Shown in pieces: positions 40,698 to 53,950 of a stretch of DNA of 64,000 nucleotides (within the stretch, counting starts at the first letter, position 1; the number at the start of each line of letters is the position of its first letter). Position numbers and translations under genes: made by a program. The stretch is from positions 156,736,001 through 156,800,000 of the forward strand of contig OZ024743.1 of NCBI GenBank assembly GCA_964016885.1, read 5' to 3'. This DNA is from Eledone cirrhosa (taxonomy: Eukaryota). The notes below the pieces were generated by a model that saw nothing but the letters and a program-made list of their open reading frames with translations, was not told where the DNA came from and ran no database searches.

Positions 40698-40792
40698 TGT
40701 TGATACCTCTTCCTGCTATATCAAGCATTAAGCTAATATATCCCTTCCATATACTGTACTGATTGTGTTGTTATGTCTGTTTACATTTGACA
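40698..40792 (+). repeat. PLE tail fragment homologous to 50163-50252
   Basis: Shares ATACC.TCTTCC..CCTTCCATATACTGTAC.GATTGTGT. Confidence 0.55.
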
Positions 40793-41189
40793 TACATACA
40801 TATATATATGTAACAAGGAGTAAGTAGTAGTTGTTAAATGAAATAATAAGAATAGCTGATTTACTTCCTAGGAGGCTAGTAGAATTGTCTGTTGTTTGAG
40901 ATTACGAAGCATGTGGTGAAGTTTTGGGTAATAAATCGAAATATCAAAGCGAATTCACTGTAAATATTCAGTAGAATGGAAGTTTGGTGAATAATTTGAA
41001 ATTATGTTTTATCATATCGTACCATGAAGATGAGAAGCTTGGTTATTATAGATTGCTGAGAAAGCTGTTGTTGAGAAAGTTGTTGATGTTGGCAATGGAA
41101 GCCATAATCCGAAGAAAGCTTCGTGCTGTTTTCTTTTTTTATTAAATACCGTTTCGTGTTTTTTTGTTAACGGGTAAATGTTCGTTCCC

Positions 41190-41207
41190 ATCACGTCGGG
41201 ATCACCA
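41190..41207 (-). promoter_or_regulatory. Second tRNA-Trp primer binding site
   Basis: TGGTGATCCCGACGTGAT directly after LTR2. Confidence 0.8.
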
Positions 41208-42660
41208 AAGTAATGAAGGGTATTAGTAGTGGTTGTTAGATTAAATACAATAATAGCTGATTTACTTTATATATAAAAAGGTTTACTTCACTTCAGTCAA
41301 AAAGAACAATAAACAAGTTACCATAAGTCGCAAAGGTTAACAATGTTATTTTGTTGTTGGTTCATGAGGCTGGTGTAGTCTGCGACCAGGAGAGAGAGTA
41401 ATGGTCTGTAGTTGTATGTAGACCTTGGCGGCCTCTAGATAGCAGTGGGTCTTTATTTTGCTTGCCTATAGAGTACAGCTCCGATCTCTCTTTGTGTTAG
41501 AAGGATGATACAGGCCTTATATACCTGTCGCTTTCTGTCTCCCGCCTTGGGGGATCGCCCACGCATGCACGTGACCACGGCGAAAATGATGGTGCTCTAG
41601 AATTTGACTCTTAGGTGTCACCCATAGTTCAAGGCGTTGACAGATCTCGCTACATTAGTTCCCTACCCAGATCGTTGCAGAAGCATCGATCGATTACAAA
41701 AGGGGTAGAGAAATCTGATTCCAGATGCGTGTCCCACAAAATGTTGGTACTACGCGAAATGTTGGTACTGCGCCCGCATTTCGAGTGTAGAGAAATTTGG
41801 AGAGAGAAAAAAAAATATCGTAGAACTGTGTATGCATGTGTGTATGTAACATTTAGAAGAAACTGTAAATATACAAAGATGTGATCATGTATTTCGAACT
41901 GTTGTGTATGGATGGCTGAACGTTCAGGGTTGCGGTATCGGATTACAATATGATAATACAGAGGACTATTTCTCTCGTATCATCATATGTGAGTCGAAGT
42001 TTACGCTATGACATGTGAGTTTACAATTTTGAGTTGCGTGCTGAGTGAGTCGATGCGTGTAGTCCCAATGGGTGATTTCATGTCTTTTATAGCTGTTGCC
42101 GTACCTCGACCAGGTGAAACCAACCGAATCCAGAACATACCATAGACAAAAACATGTTGGTGTGTGACAAATAAAATGATGTGTGTTTGTTGCAAAACGT
42201 GTATGTTCATAGAAGCATATAATTCATAAAAAAAAATTAAAAAATTAAAATATTCGAACATTGTTTGTAAAAAAAACAAAAGGAAGAAATAATTGTTTTT
42301 TAACAAAAAGTTCAGTTTTTCTCTTCTTTATGCTATCGTTTTCTTGCTAGGAAGCTAGTAGTATTGTCTGTTGTTGGAGATTACGAAGCACGTTGTGAAG
42401 TGTTTGGTTATGAATCGAAACATCAAAGCGAAGTCACTGTAAATATTTCGTAGAATGGAAGTTTAGTGTATAATTTGAAATTATGTTTTATCATATCGTA
42501 CCATATAGATGAGAAGCTTGTTTATTATAGATTGCTGAGAAAGCTGCTGTTGAGAAAGTTGTTGATGTTGGTAATGGAAGCCATAATCCGGAGAAAGCTG
42601 CGTGTTGTTTTCTTTTTTTTTAAATACTTCTTCGTATTTTTTGTTAACGGGTTCGCCCCC

Positions 42661-42678
42661 ATTACGTCGGGGTCACCA
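42661..42678 (-). promoter_or_regulatory. Primer binding site complementary to tRNA-Trp 3' end
   Basis: TGGTGACCCCGACGTAAT versus the eukaryotic tRNA-Trp end ATCACGTCGGGGTCACCA (1 mismatch). Confidence 0.8.
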
Positions 42679-43098
42679 AAGTAACGAAGGGTATTAGTAG
42701 TGGTTGTTAGATTAAATAACAATAATAGCTGATTTACTTTATATATAAAAAGGTTTACTTCACTTCAGTCAAAAAGAACAATAACCAAGTTACCATAAGT
42801 CGCAAAGGTTGACGATGTCATTTTATTGTTGGTTCATGAGGCTGGTGTAGTCTGAGATCAGGAGAGAGAGAGAGAGAGAGGCGTATAAGTAGCAGTGAGT
42901 CTTTACATAAGTCGTCTATAGAGTACGGCTCCGATCACTATGTGTGTTAGACGTGGGATGATACAGGCTTTATTACAAAGTTTATATAACTGTCGCTTTC
43001 TGTCTCCCGGCTTGAAGGATCGTCCACGCCGAAAAGGATGGCGACCTAGCATTTGACTTTTAGGTGTCACCCAAGGTTCAAGGCGTGGACAGATCTCA

Positions 43099-43402
<304 letters not shown>

Positions 43403-44533
43403 TAGTTCTGTATTATACATAGAGCACTTTTTTTCCTTTGCTTTTTCTTCGGAAATAAGATATATATATAAATATATGTTATAAATATATGTTATAAATA
43501 TATATAAATATATATATATATATATGTATTTATTTATTTATTCATATGTGTATGTTTTGTTGGGTGTGCGTATGTTTTCACGTGTTCGTGCCTACATATT
43601 ACTATATGTATGTGTGTGTATTTTTATTCTCTGTAATTATAGTGGTCTTTTGATAATCACTATATATTGTAATCATGTTAATGGAGAGATTACTCATATT
43701 TCCTAATGATCTATTTCTCAAGACCAAAACAACAGTTTTACAATTTTAGGATGCGAAGGCAGGTGACTTAATTTGTAGGGTTTTCTGCCCATGTTCGTGA
43801 TGTCCTTGAGTTCTTTTTCAGTTTCATGTTGCTTGTTCTTTCATTTAACATGATCACTTATTTCACTTTGCTCGATCCCACATGTACAATGTCAATGACG
43901 TTGAAACGAAAAGGTAACATATCACAGTGACTGTAGTTAGACCACAAAAACACGTTTCGTTATGGGCTTTAGTGAGAAACTTGCCATATACAAAAAACAT
44001 AGTTAGTCACGCCGGAAATAGTCATTAAATGTTTACGTCTTCAGTCAACAAGTTAATATAGATGTTAATGGTATCATTGGAAACTGGATATTTGTAGCAA
44101 TATGGTGTATAGTCTTATATGTGGCCACATACAGGCAGGTAATTTGGGATGTCAACAATCAAAACGCTAGCACCAGCAGTACATTAGTATTGTTCATGCA
44201 TAAATAAAACACAAACATATAGTATAGTCAATAAGAACAACAATATTTTTATCTAAGTTAAATTAATTAACACTAATAAGTCACCATCAATATATAACAC
44301 CTGTCAAGCGTTCACACAGAAAAGAAATGAAATTATTTTATTAAATGAAGTAATTTAAAATCAAATGAATTGTAATTACAGAAATGTCCATATTGAATTA
44401 AATATATGAATTAATAAATATAAAAATACCGAAGCAATCTTTAATTAATAAATGGTTTAATTAATAAATTAATTAGCTCCATTCATTATAGTCTTAAAGA
44501 TAAAGATTATATTTAATTGATCAATAGGTAAAT

Positions 44534-44746
44534 ATTTTAGCCAGAAATATAACGAATTACGTATCTTAGAAAGGGAAATCATTTCGGTAGACTGCAATGA
44601 TCTATAAAATAGATCATCGCAGTCTACCAAAATGACTTCCCTTTCTAAGATGTGCACTTCGTTATATTTCTGGCTAAAATTATTTTTTTATGGGAGTATA
44701 ATAATATAGATTCTATATTATTATACTCATAGAAAAAATAATTTTG
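44534..44746. repeat. Two abutting palindromes
   Basis: 44534-44680 has ~70-bp arms centred on GATCTATAAAATAGATC; 44676-44746 has ~33-bp arms. Confidence 0.85.
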
Positions 44747-45009
44747 ATTTCATTAATTTCGGGGACGAAAATATGCCCGTTTTCCAAATTCGAGAGAGCA
44801 TTTCAGCTACATTTTGGTTAGTCTAATTTTCATGCATGTATTATGTATGGATGCATGTATTATGTATATATATGTGTGTATATATATTATGTATATATAT
44901 GGATGGGTGGAGGGACAAACGTATGGATGCATGTATTTATGTATGTGTATCATGCAAAGCTTCTTGAATCAAGGTGTTTTGGAATATTAATGGCATTATG
45001 ATTTCTGCT

Positions 45010-47300
45010 GGTTTGATAACTAAATCCAGGTCGGTCCAACACTCAACACGTTGCGTATAATGGATATTACAGACATACTGCATTGACGTTTGCGGCAAAT
45101 TACATAATCGATTAAATGCAACTGGGTGCTTCCATGTTCTATCCTTCAAGTGTGCGCTTACAATTAGCACCTTGGACCTGTACACAGATCCAACAGCTAC
45201 TATTAGCTTTCCCTTCCCAACTCCATACCTTCCAATTCTTTCTCACATGTGAATTATCACCTTTCAAAATGTTCTGCTCACCATGTGGAATTACATGAAG
45301 AGTATTAAATAAATGTTTCTACTTTAGGCACAAGGCCAGCAATCACCCAGTGCATTACTGGTACTTTATTTTATCGACTCCGTAAGGATGAAAGGCAAAG
45401 TCAACCTCGGCGGGATTTGAACTCAGATCGTAAAGGGACGTAACTATGCTGGAAAGCATGGCGTCCGACACTCTACCGATACTGCCAATCCACGAAACGC
45501 TGTCATTTTTACTTCATTGCTATTAAGTGTTGGAGCATATACAAGAAAAATGACATGTCTGCAAAGTCTTTGGCTGGTCACTAATCTCACAAGAAAGCTC
45601 TGATTATTTTGTTCTTTGAGAATTTCGCCCCAATCAGAAAAATGTAAATCCACAAGGTGAGTGTTTGAAAGAGCTGCTATATCTTATAGCAGAGCGATGC
45701 AGTAATTTTTGAGACTAAGGTTGTTCTGCGTTCTCGAAATAATCCATTCGGTTTTTCAGTCAGAGTTCGTTCATTCCAGCAATCTATGGTGATTTGATCA
45801 TTTTTATTAATATTATTGTTTTTTCTGTTGTTTCAAGTTCATATACGGACGTTCATATGTCAAGTTAAGCTGGTAAAAGAGAAATTGGGCAGGCAATGTT
45901 TTTACAATTGTTTTACATCATCTCTTTCTGCATCAATGACTCTTCTTAGGCTGTAATCAGACACGGAGTTTACAACACAGTGCATCTATTAGATGGAACT
46001 GCTACAGCCACATTTAAGGATTTGTTTAAAGAGAATGGTCAGGAGATAAAAGCAATATTGTTGAAGAAGTATGCCATCAGGTTGCAAATGTTGAATAAAA
46101 GGCATATCAAGAGAAGGTTATCGACTTGAAGAACGTTTTTAGAAGGCTAAATCTGATGCCGAGCAAGAATTGTGTTACATGGTAGTGAAGGATATGATAT
46201 TCAGACTTCAGCGTATTCAAGGAATTCAATGGAATTCTATAATCTGATAAAACTAGTCTTTGGATCACGATCCACTATGATAACACCATTCAGATCAAAG
46301 GATGGCTAAAATCTACTAACACAGATGAATAGATTAACGAAACGACTGAGAGAACATTTCAATGATTTATTAAATAGAGAAACTCAGGGTGACTAAAATG
46401 TTATAATCAATATTGATCTGGCCTTCCAAGCCCTGTAGTATTATATATTAGTATCTAGAAAGTTACTGTAGTTGAAACTGCAGGAAAGAGTGGATTATTT
46501 ACAGAGATTTTCAGATATGGGGGGGGGGGTTAGTTTATGCATGAATTAATTCTGGGAATATGGTGAGAGGTTGAAATATCAAATAATTGGGAAGACACAA
46601 TACTTATAACTTCATACAAAACGAAACGACAGCAGGTAGAATGTGAATGTTATAGAAGATTTTCTCTTTTCTGTGCAACATGGAAACTACTTGAATCATC
46701 CATGTTTTGTAAACTAGACAATAATATATCAAACCTGATCTTGACTGACTGATATAGTAGATGGACAACTAATTAAATTAATCAATATGTACATATGTTT
46801 CCATATTCGGGAAGTACAATTAACCAGTATTGCACAATGGATGACGAAATAGCCTCCAGTATTAAAAAAAGCAACCGATTCCTTGGCAGTATTTAGAGCA
46901 CGTGTTTTGAGCCGTAAGTGAATAAGAAAAGATAAAACACCTACAGTATGCAATGCATCTGTACTGTCAACTGACTTATATTGCTCTGAGACCTGGGTTG
47001 TCTATCGCAGATACATGAAACTCCTGGAACTGTTTTAGCAGGGTTGCGGGCGTAACATTCTCTGAGTTCTCTGGAGCATACACACACACTGAAATATAAC
47101 AAAATGTAGTTGTAGAAACTTCTGACGCTTACACCCACATGCACCGGTGCTAAGGAGTAAGCCAAGCTGGTAGATTTGATGATGGCACAATGAGTTGGTG
47201 GTAGCACAATCACAAAGCAAGTTTAAATATTATTTGATTGATATATGAAACCGTAGATTCGAAACGAAACGCAATTATGATGGACTGATAAAAACGAAAA
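45010..47300. mobile_element. Highly decayed RTE-BovB-like LINE with inverted 5' part
   Basis: APE motifs on the minus strand (VYAPTL, TWKHP, ECWTD; 45010-45800). Downstream motifs on the plus strand (RSKDG, KTAGKSG..EIFRYGG, CECYR, LYCSETW; 45980-47300). Confidence 0.6.
45312..45493 (-). mobile_element. tRNA-derived SINE inserted into RTE remnant
   Basis: Near full-length reverse-complement copy. Confidence 0.9.
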
Positions 47301-47670
47301 AATTCTATTATCAGCCAACTATAACGAAAGATTTCATGCAAAGAAAATCAAATGACGTGGAAGAATCGGGACATGAGAGCATAAGATGAGCAAGAATCTC
47401 GATTTTGGGGATATAAATTAGAGCAACTGAAATAAGTCAATATCATTCATATAGTGTACCAAACCATTGTTTCTGTAATGAAAAGCCGTACTAATTATTC
47501 AATATACTTCCAAATAATTTCTTTTTCCAATATTGGTTGTTTCAATGTGTCGAAATAATTAACACTACTTCTTAATTACAGAAAGCATAGTGGGGGACAC
47601 TATATGAGATATTGATTTGATATTTCATTTGTATATATAGAACTTCCATTGAGACAAATCATTTTTTATG

Positions 47671-47762
<92 letters not shown>

Positions 47763-47875
47763 GTTGTAATAAAATGAAAACGAAATTTCATTTCTCACTC
47801 TTAGTACGGCACTTACTTAAATGTAAGTATGTATGTATACGTCCATACATATATGTATACAGACGTACAGTAGCA

Positions 47876-47927
<52 letters not shown>

Positions 47928-48322
47928 TACATACAGGTACACATACATATATGTACGTATCAGTTTAGCGGACGCTTATTATAGCGGACGCTTATTATAG
48001 CGCCCGCTTTGTTCGTTTGTAAACAAACTGAACAGCCTGAATTTATGCCGCACGGTGTGGCATAAAAAGCAATATATATATATGCATGCTACTGTACGTC
48101 TGTATACATATATGTATGGACGTATACATACATACTTACATTTAAGTAAGTGCCGTACTAAGAGTGAGAAATGAAATTTCGTTTTCATTTTATTACAACT
48201 CATCGTTTTCGGTGCGCCTGACCGATTTAACTCACTCGATATGCAAATTAGGCTGCTCAGCCGTTAATTTTCATAAGGAAAGTATATACTTTCGAACGTT
48301 CAACTATCTGGCAGATGGGTAT

Positions 48323-48365
48323 ACAGTGCTGATGATAGCTAACAAGCTTGAAACTAGTATATCGT
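48323..48365 (+). ncRNA. Type I hammerhead ribozyme, element A copy 1
   Basis: ACAGTG-CTGATGA-TAGCT-AACA-AGCTT-GAAA-CTAG-TA-TATCGT. Confidence 0.7.
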
Positions 48366-48787
48366 TCCTGTGTCAGTGTTGAACAAAAAGGTGACGTGGT
48401 TGCCTTAACACCGTGCGGCATACATTCAGGCTGTTCAGTTTGTTTATAAACGAACAAAGCGGGCGCTATAATAAGCGTCCGCTAAACTGATACGTACATA
48501 TATGTATGTGTACCTGTATGTATATATGTATATATATATATATATATATGCATGCTACTGTACGTCTGTATACATATATGTACGGACGTATACATACATA
48601 CTTACATTTAAGTAAGTGACGTACTAAGAGTGAGAAATGAAATTTCATTTTCATTTTATTACAACTCATCGTTTTCGGTGCGCCTGACCGATTTAACTCA
48701 CTCGATATGCAAATTAGGCTGCTCAGCCGTTAATTTTTTAAGGAAAGTATATACTTTCGAACGTTCAACTATCTGGCAGATGGGTAT

Positions 48788-48830
48788 ACGGTGCTGATGA
48801 TAACTAACAAGCTTGAAACTAGTACATCGT
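48788..48830 (+). ncRNA. Type I hammerhead ribozyme, element A copy 2
   Basis: ACGGTG-CTGATGA-TAACT-AACA-AGCTT-GAAA-CTAG-TA-CATCGT; stem I ACGGTG/CATCGT is fully paired. Confidence 0.7.
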
Positions 48831-48981
48831 TCCTGTGTCAGTGTTGAACAAAAAGGTGGCGTGGTTGCCTTAACACCGTGCGGCATAAATTCAGGCTGTT
48901 CAGTTTGTTTACAAACGAACAAAGCGGGCGCTATAATAAGCGTTCGCTAAACTGATGCGTACATATATGTATGTGTACCTG

Positions 48982-49019
<38 letters not shown>

Positions 49020-49086
49020 TGCTACTGTACGTCTGTATACATATATGTATGGACGTATACATACATACTTACACATATATATATAT

Positions 49087-49246
<160 letters not shown>

Positions 49247-49601
49247 AGAGAATTGGGGGAAGGATAGATCAGGCTACTAGATAAACTAGGCAAGATTTAA
49301 CCTACATAAAACGGATACTACTATTTCTTATATATATATATATATGTGTGTATTAAAAAAGAAGAAACTGAAATATATACGGAACTTTTAAAAGTTCCAT
49401 ATATTTTATTATACGCATTTCGAAAACAACATCATACTGGGACAAAAATTGGTTGGCATGAGATAAAAAAAAGGTGACATGATATGAGGCCTAAAAACAC
49501 TTGTCAACAGGAAAGTGCAAAGTCTACATATGCACTTTCCTGCACTTTCCTGTACTTTCCTGTTGACAGGTGTTTTTAGGCCTCATATCAAGTTACATTA
49601 T

Positions 49602-49782
49602 TTGGCAGTATCGGTAGAGGGTCGGACGCCATCCTTTCCAGCGTAGTTACGTCCCTTTACGATCTGAGTTCAAATCCCGCCGAGGTTGACTTTGCCTTTC
49701 ATCCTTACGGGGTCGATAAAATAAAGTACCAGTAATGTACTGGGTAATTGCTGGCCTTGTGCCTAAAGTAGAAACAATTATT
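49602..49782 (+). mobile_element. tRNA-derived SINE
   Basis: Near full-length copy; TSD ATTATTT at 49597-49603 and 49777-49783. Confidence 0.9.
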
Positions 49783-49846
49783 TTATCTGATGACAACACA
49801 ATTTTTGTCCAAGGATGATGTTGTTTTCGAAAAGCGCATAATAAAA
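49781..49846 (+). ncRNA. Type I hammerhead ribozyme (partly decayed)
   Basis: TTTTAT-CTGATGA-CAACAC..GATGTTGTTTTC-GAAA-AGCGCA-TA-ATAAAA. Confidence 0.6.
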
Positions 49847-49971
49847 TATATGGAACTTTTTTAAAGATATTTTAATTACTTCTTTAATATATACTCCACT
49901 TCTACCAAATGTTGATGCTATTTATCTGTTATTTGCATAGTTTTATTGTTCTACAATATTACTCACCTTCT

Positions 49972-50018
<47 letters not shown>

Positions 50019-50162
50019 TAAGGTAATGAATTCTTTTACAAATTTTTCTTTTGCAATATATATATACAGATGTGTTGGTATCTGTGTTTCATCACATACA
50101 TATTAGTTTATATATATATATATATGGGGGGGGGGGGGGGTATGGGTGTATGTGTGTGTGTG

Positions 50163-50290
50163 TAAAAGGAAAACAAAAATAAGGACACAATCGGTACAGT
50201 ATATGGAAGGAACACATTAGTATAACGATTGACATAGGTGGAAGAGGGTATTAACGTTTCGGATGCTAGTCCTTCATCAGAAGACTGAAT
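50163..50290 (-). mobile_element. PLE tail with minimal hammerhead motif
   Basis: Minus strand reads CTGATGA-A-GGA-CTAGCA-TCC-GAAA-CG-TT (50280-50253), then a tail ending at (CA)n. Confidence 0.6.
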
Positions 50291-50500
50291 GAGGAATTAG
50301 AAAGATAAAAAGATATGGGGCGGAACAGGAAAAAATGTTTTAGAAAAAAGTAACATGTCCATTCAGGTTGGCATCTGTTATATATATATACATATATATA
50401 TATATATTAAAATAACAGATTAAAGTTTAAGCAAACAATCGCTGCTTTCACCCTTAACGGGATATTTCTGAAATAAATATGTGAACGCAGAAGTCATAGT

Positions 50501-50582
<82 letters not shown>

Positions 50583-52049
50583 TATATATATCTGCATTGA
50601 AATATTCCCGATGCATTGATGTTAAATTTAACAATCACTTGGAGGATTGTTATATAATAAAATTGCTCAAACGTTTGAACATTTATCTAGTTTCCAACAT
50701 TGCAATTTTTTCTCGTTTCTTTTCTCCATAGTTTCAATTATTTAACTGATTTTTTTTTTTACCACTGAAAAAGGCAAAATTGTTAGCAATCTGATTTTAT
50801 TTTTGACTTCAAGTAAATATTCAACCCAAATATCATTCCATAAATTATTATTTGTATTGAGGTAGACAAAGTTCTTATATTTTAGGAACGCATATTATAT
50901 CATGTGCATCTGCCAGTTATTTTTGAAGCAGGCATAAATTCACCATACATTCTTAAGAACGATATATATATATATATATAAATGAAGTTTCCATAGAAAA
51001 GGGAAAAGAAGGAAGAGTGCTCTATGTAAAGTACAGAGATATTGTGTTATGTAATAAACAACACAATAAAATTATTCTATTTACCAGATGTTTCATGAAG
51101 ATTCCTTTCTGATGAACGACTTCAGACGTCTCTATTGATTTCTCCTGTCTATTGATTTCGCTTGAGCATGTACCTTCACTCGGGTTTGGGCGTAAATATT
51201 TTCAGGAAATCGAAGGCGAACATTAATGTGACGTGCATACGTATTGAATATAATTATTTTCGTTTATCAATTTCCTGGCCGTTTTTGATCATTTTATATT
51301 GTTTTATATTATATTCGAACCTATGATAATAAACCGTAATTCGATGTTATCTTCGGTATCTTATCTCCATTTTCCCCATATACGCACCCCAATTGTGTAT
51401 TTCATTAATTATCATTTTTGTTTTATATCATATCATAATTTTCCAAATGAAAGAGTAGAAACATTATTTAGTATTTGTTTCTTTTGCAAATTGAAACTTC
51501 ATCCATTTATATTGTATACTCCTGAGTTGCAATTAATATTTTACCATACTTTGGATATACAATTATTGTCCATAACATTTAGAACACCTTTTTAAATGTC
51601 TAATTAATCATTGCAATGAAGTTGTTCTCACTCGTTAACCACGCCTTTTCAATCAGGAAATGGAATATTCACCATCTACTTCTTTACTTTCCTCTGTGCG
51701 ATCATCATCATCATCATCGACTCATCATACCGATCATCATCGCATCACCACCATTATAACAACCACTACAACTACCGCTACCTCCACCACTACCACCACC
51801 ACCAAACTTCTCCCATCACGACAACAACAACAGAAACTCCCAGTATCATCATACTTATCGTTTTGATAACAATCTTAATCTTCGTCAACATTCAACTATA
51901 CACCATTAACAGTAGCGTCGTAATCCTAAACACCATTATTTTCATCAAACGTTTCGGAGCAGTGATTTGACAGAATTATTTGAGTGTCGGACATAATGCA
52001 GTCCGATAGACTGAGTGTTTTTACCCTTGGATATTTCTACCAAACTTAT

Positions 52050-52096
<47 letters not shown>

Positions 52097-52099
<3 letters not shown>

Positions 52100-52180
52100 C
52101 AAAGGAAATGTGGTAAGGAACCAGGTGGACCATAACGCACCAAAGTACTCAATACTTAGAGTAGTAGAGTGGGTAATAGG

Positions 52181-52182
<2 letters not shown>
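52097..52182 (-). repeat. Retroelement tail copy (family of 19769-19900)
   Basis: TGTGGTAAGGAACCAGGTGGACCATAACGCACCAAAGTACTC, embedded in (TA)n. Confidence 0.7.
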
Positions 52183-52220
<38 letters not shown>

Positions 52221-52293
52221 TATATATTTGATATATATTTATCCTTATCGAGCCCTCTTTGGATTTTAGTCTTCAAATTTATTATTATTACTA

Positions 52294-52375
<82 letters not shown>

Positions 52376-52378
<3 letters not shown>

Positions 52379-52515
52379 CGAAGGAGGTGTGGTAAGGAAC
52401 CAAGTGGACTATAGCGCACCAAATTAATCGATACTTTGTTTAATAGTGTGGGTAATAGGAAAAGAGTCAGAACCCCAAGGGCAGAGCTGAAGCCGTTTCA
52501 ACAGCTATTTCTGGA

Positions 52516-52520
<5 letters not shown>
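52376..52520 (-). repeat. Retroelement tail copy (family of 19769-19900)
   Basis: GTGTGGTAAGGAACCAAGTGGAC..TAATAGGAAAAGAGTCAG..GTTTCAACAGCTA, embedded in (TA)n. Confidence 0.7.
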
Positions 52521-52549
<29 letters not shown>

Positions 52550-53207
52550 ATATAGAAATGGCTTCTACAGGACTAGACATGTTTCATTCGGGAGTACTTT
52601 ACCTACCGATCTATGAAAATATCATAGATATAACAGTAACCGTTGAAAATCCTGGACAGCTTATTCAAAATTCGTTCATCTCTCAGCACTGTCATTCACT
52701 CAACAGGTACTGAGATAAAAGTAGACTAGAGGCTATATAGCTTTTGCGTATGGAACACTTGGTAGATATTCTCATTTGCATGTAGCAAAACGAAAACAGC
52801 TGGAAATGCTCGTTTGCCTATTAGAAGTGTATATGAAAATATATACGATTTTTTTTATGTACAATATACTCATGAGAGCCTTGATATCGAAAGGAACTTC
52901 TTTTTGTTTTTGGTTGTATATATGTCTTCATATACACCCCTAGCATCTGTGTATGAATGTATGTATTTATGTATGTATGTATGTAGTTATGTATGCATTT
53001 ATGTATGTATGTATGCATGTATGTATGTAATTTGCCTGTTTTAGAGTCATGCCAACAAAATCTAAAGAAAAATGAAAACAAATCTGTTATTGAAAAATGA
53101 AAGTAAAATCATCTGGAAAGAAAGTAGAAACCAGAACAAATAAAGCAAGACAAGGAGAGAAAGGGTAAGGGTTGTATTAAAATACAAATAAATAACTTAT
53201 TTAATAA

Positions 53208-53543
53208 ATAATTGTTTCTACTTTAGGCACAAGGCCATCAATTGCCCAGTGCATTACTGGTACGTTATTTTATCGAACCGTAAGGATGAAAGGCAAAGTC
53301 AACCTCGGCGGGATTTGAGGTTAACTTTGCCTTTCATCCTTATTTAATAAATAATTGTTTTTACTTTTAGCACCAGGCCAGCAATTATTCCAGTGCATTA
53401 CTGGTACTTTATTTTATCGACCCCGTAAGGATGAAAGGCAAAGTTAACCTCGGCGGGATTTGAACTCAGATAATAAAGGGAGGTAACTCTATGCTTCAAA
53501 GCATGGCGCCCGACACTCTACCAATACTGCCAATCCACCGCCC
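53208..53543 (-). mobile_element. SINE: one full copy (53351-53543) plus a partial copy with foldback (53208-53342)
   Basis: The target sequence TATTTAATAAATAAT occurs at 53198 and 53341, and in split form at 53544; a 26-bp hairpin spans 53281-53342. Confidence 0.85.
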
Positions 53544-53758
53544 TATTTAATCTATATATATAAAACTGAGGTTGTCTGTCTGTCTATCGATTTTTGGCAC
53601 ACATCTCCTCTTAGAATCTCTCACGGAATTGCACCGAAATTGCTATACTTGTACAATGAGCCCTAGCGAAAACATCGGAAAAAAATATTTCAAATTGACC
53701 CGCCCTATCTGACGAAATCGAATATAATGTATCGATTTTTGAGCGTAAGTGATGAGTT

Positions 53759-53950
53759 ATTTCCCTTTGTTCTGTTTACATTCAGCGTAGCGTCTTACGG
53801 TCTCTTTATATTTTCTGCGTGCAAAAATTAAAAAAATGATTTCCCTTTGTTCTGTTTACATTCAGCGTAGCGTCTTACGTTCTGTTTACATTTTCTGCGT
53901 GCAAAAATTAAAAAAATTACGCTGGCAAAAATTAAAAAAATTACGCTGGC
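53759..53950. repeat. 80-bp and 27-bp local duplications inside Helitron
   Basis: TTTCCCTTTGTTCTGTTTACATTCAGCGTAGCG at 53760 and 53840; GCAAAAATTAAAAAAATTACGCTG occurs twice. Confidence 0.85.

Larger units (their letters stand above)
47762..49072 (+). mobile_element. Tandem ~466-bp non-coding HHR repeat with inverted arm (retrozyme-like element A)
   Basis: The unit marker CATGCTACTGTACG occurs at 48085, 48551 and 49018. The inverted arm 47762-48056 matches 48408-48666, and (TA)n lies on both sides. Confidence 0.8.
49390..49860. mobile_element. PLE pLTR foldback related to the 17.6-19.6 kb pLTR, interrupted by a SINE
   Basis: Left arm 49390-49520 pairs with 49549-49596 plus 49780-49860; shares GTTCCAT.TATTTTATTAT.CGCATTTC.AAAACAA with 17675-17710. 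Confidence 0.75.

Noticed and set aside
52560-52700. Minus-strand GAAA-CATG-TC hammerhead half
   Set aside because: No CUGANGA core or matching stem I was found. The same holds for GACGAAACATTGTT near 11110.
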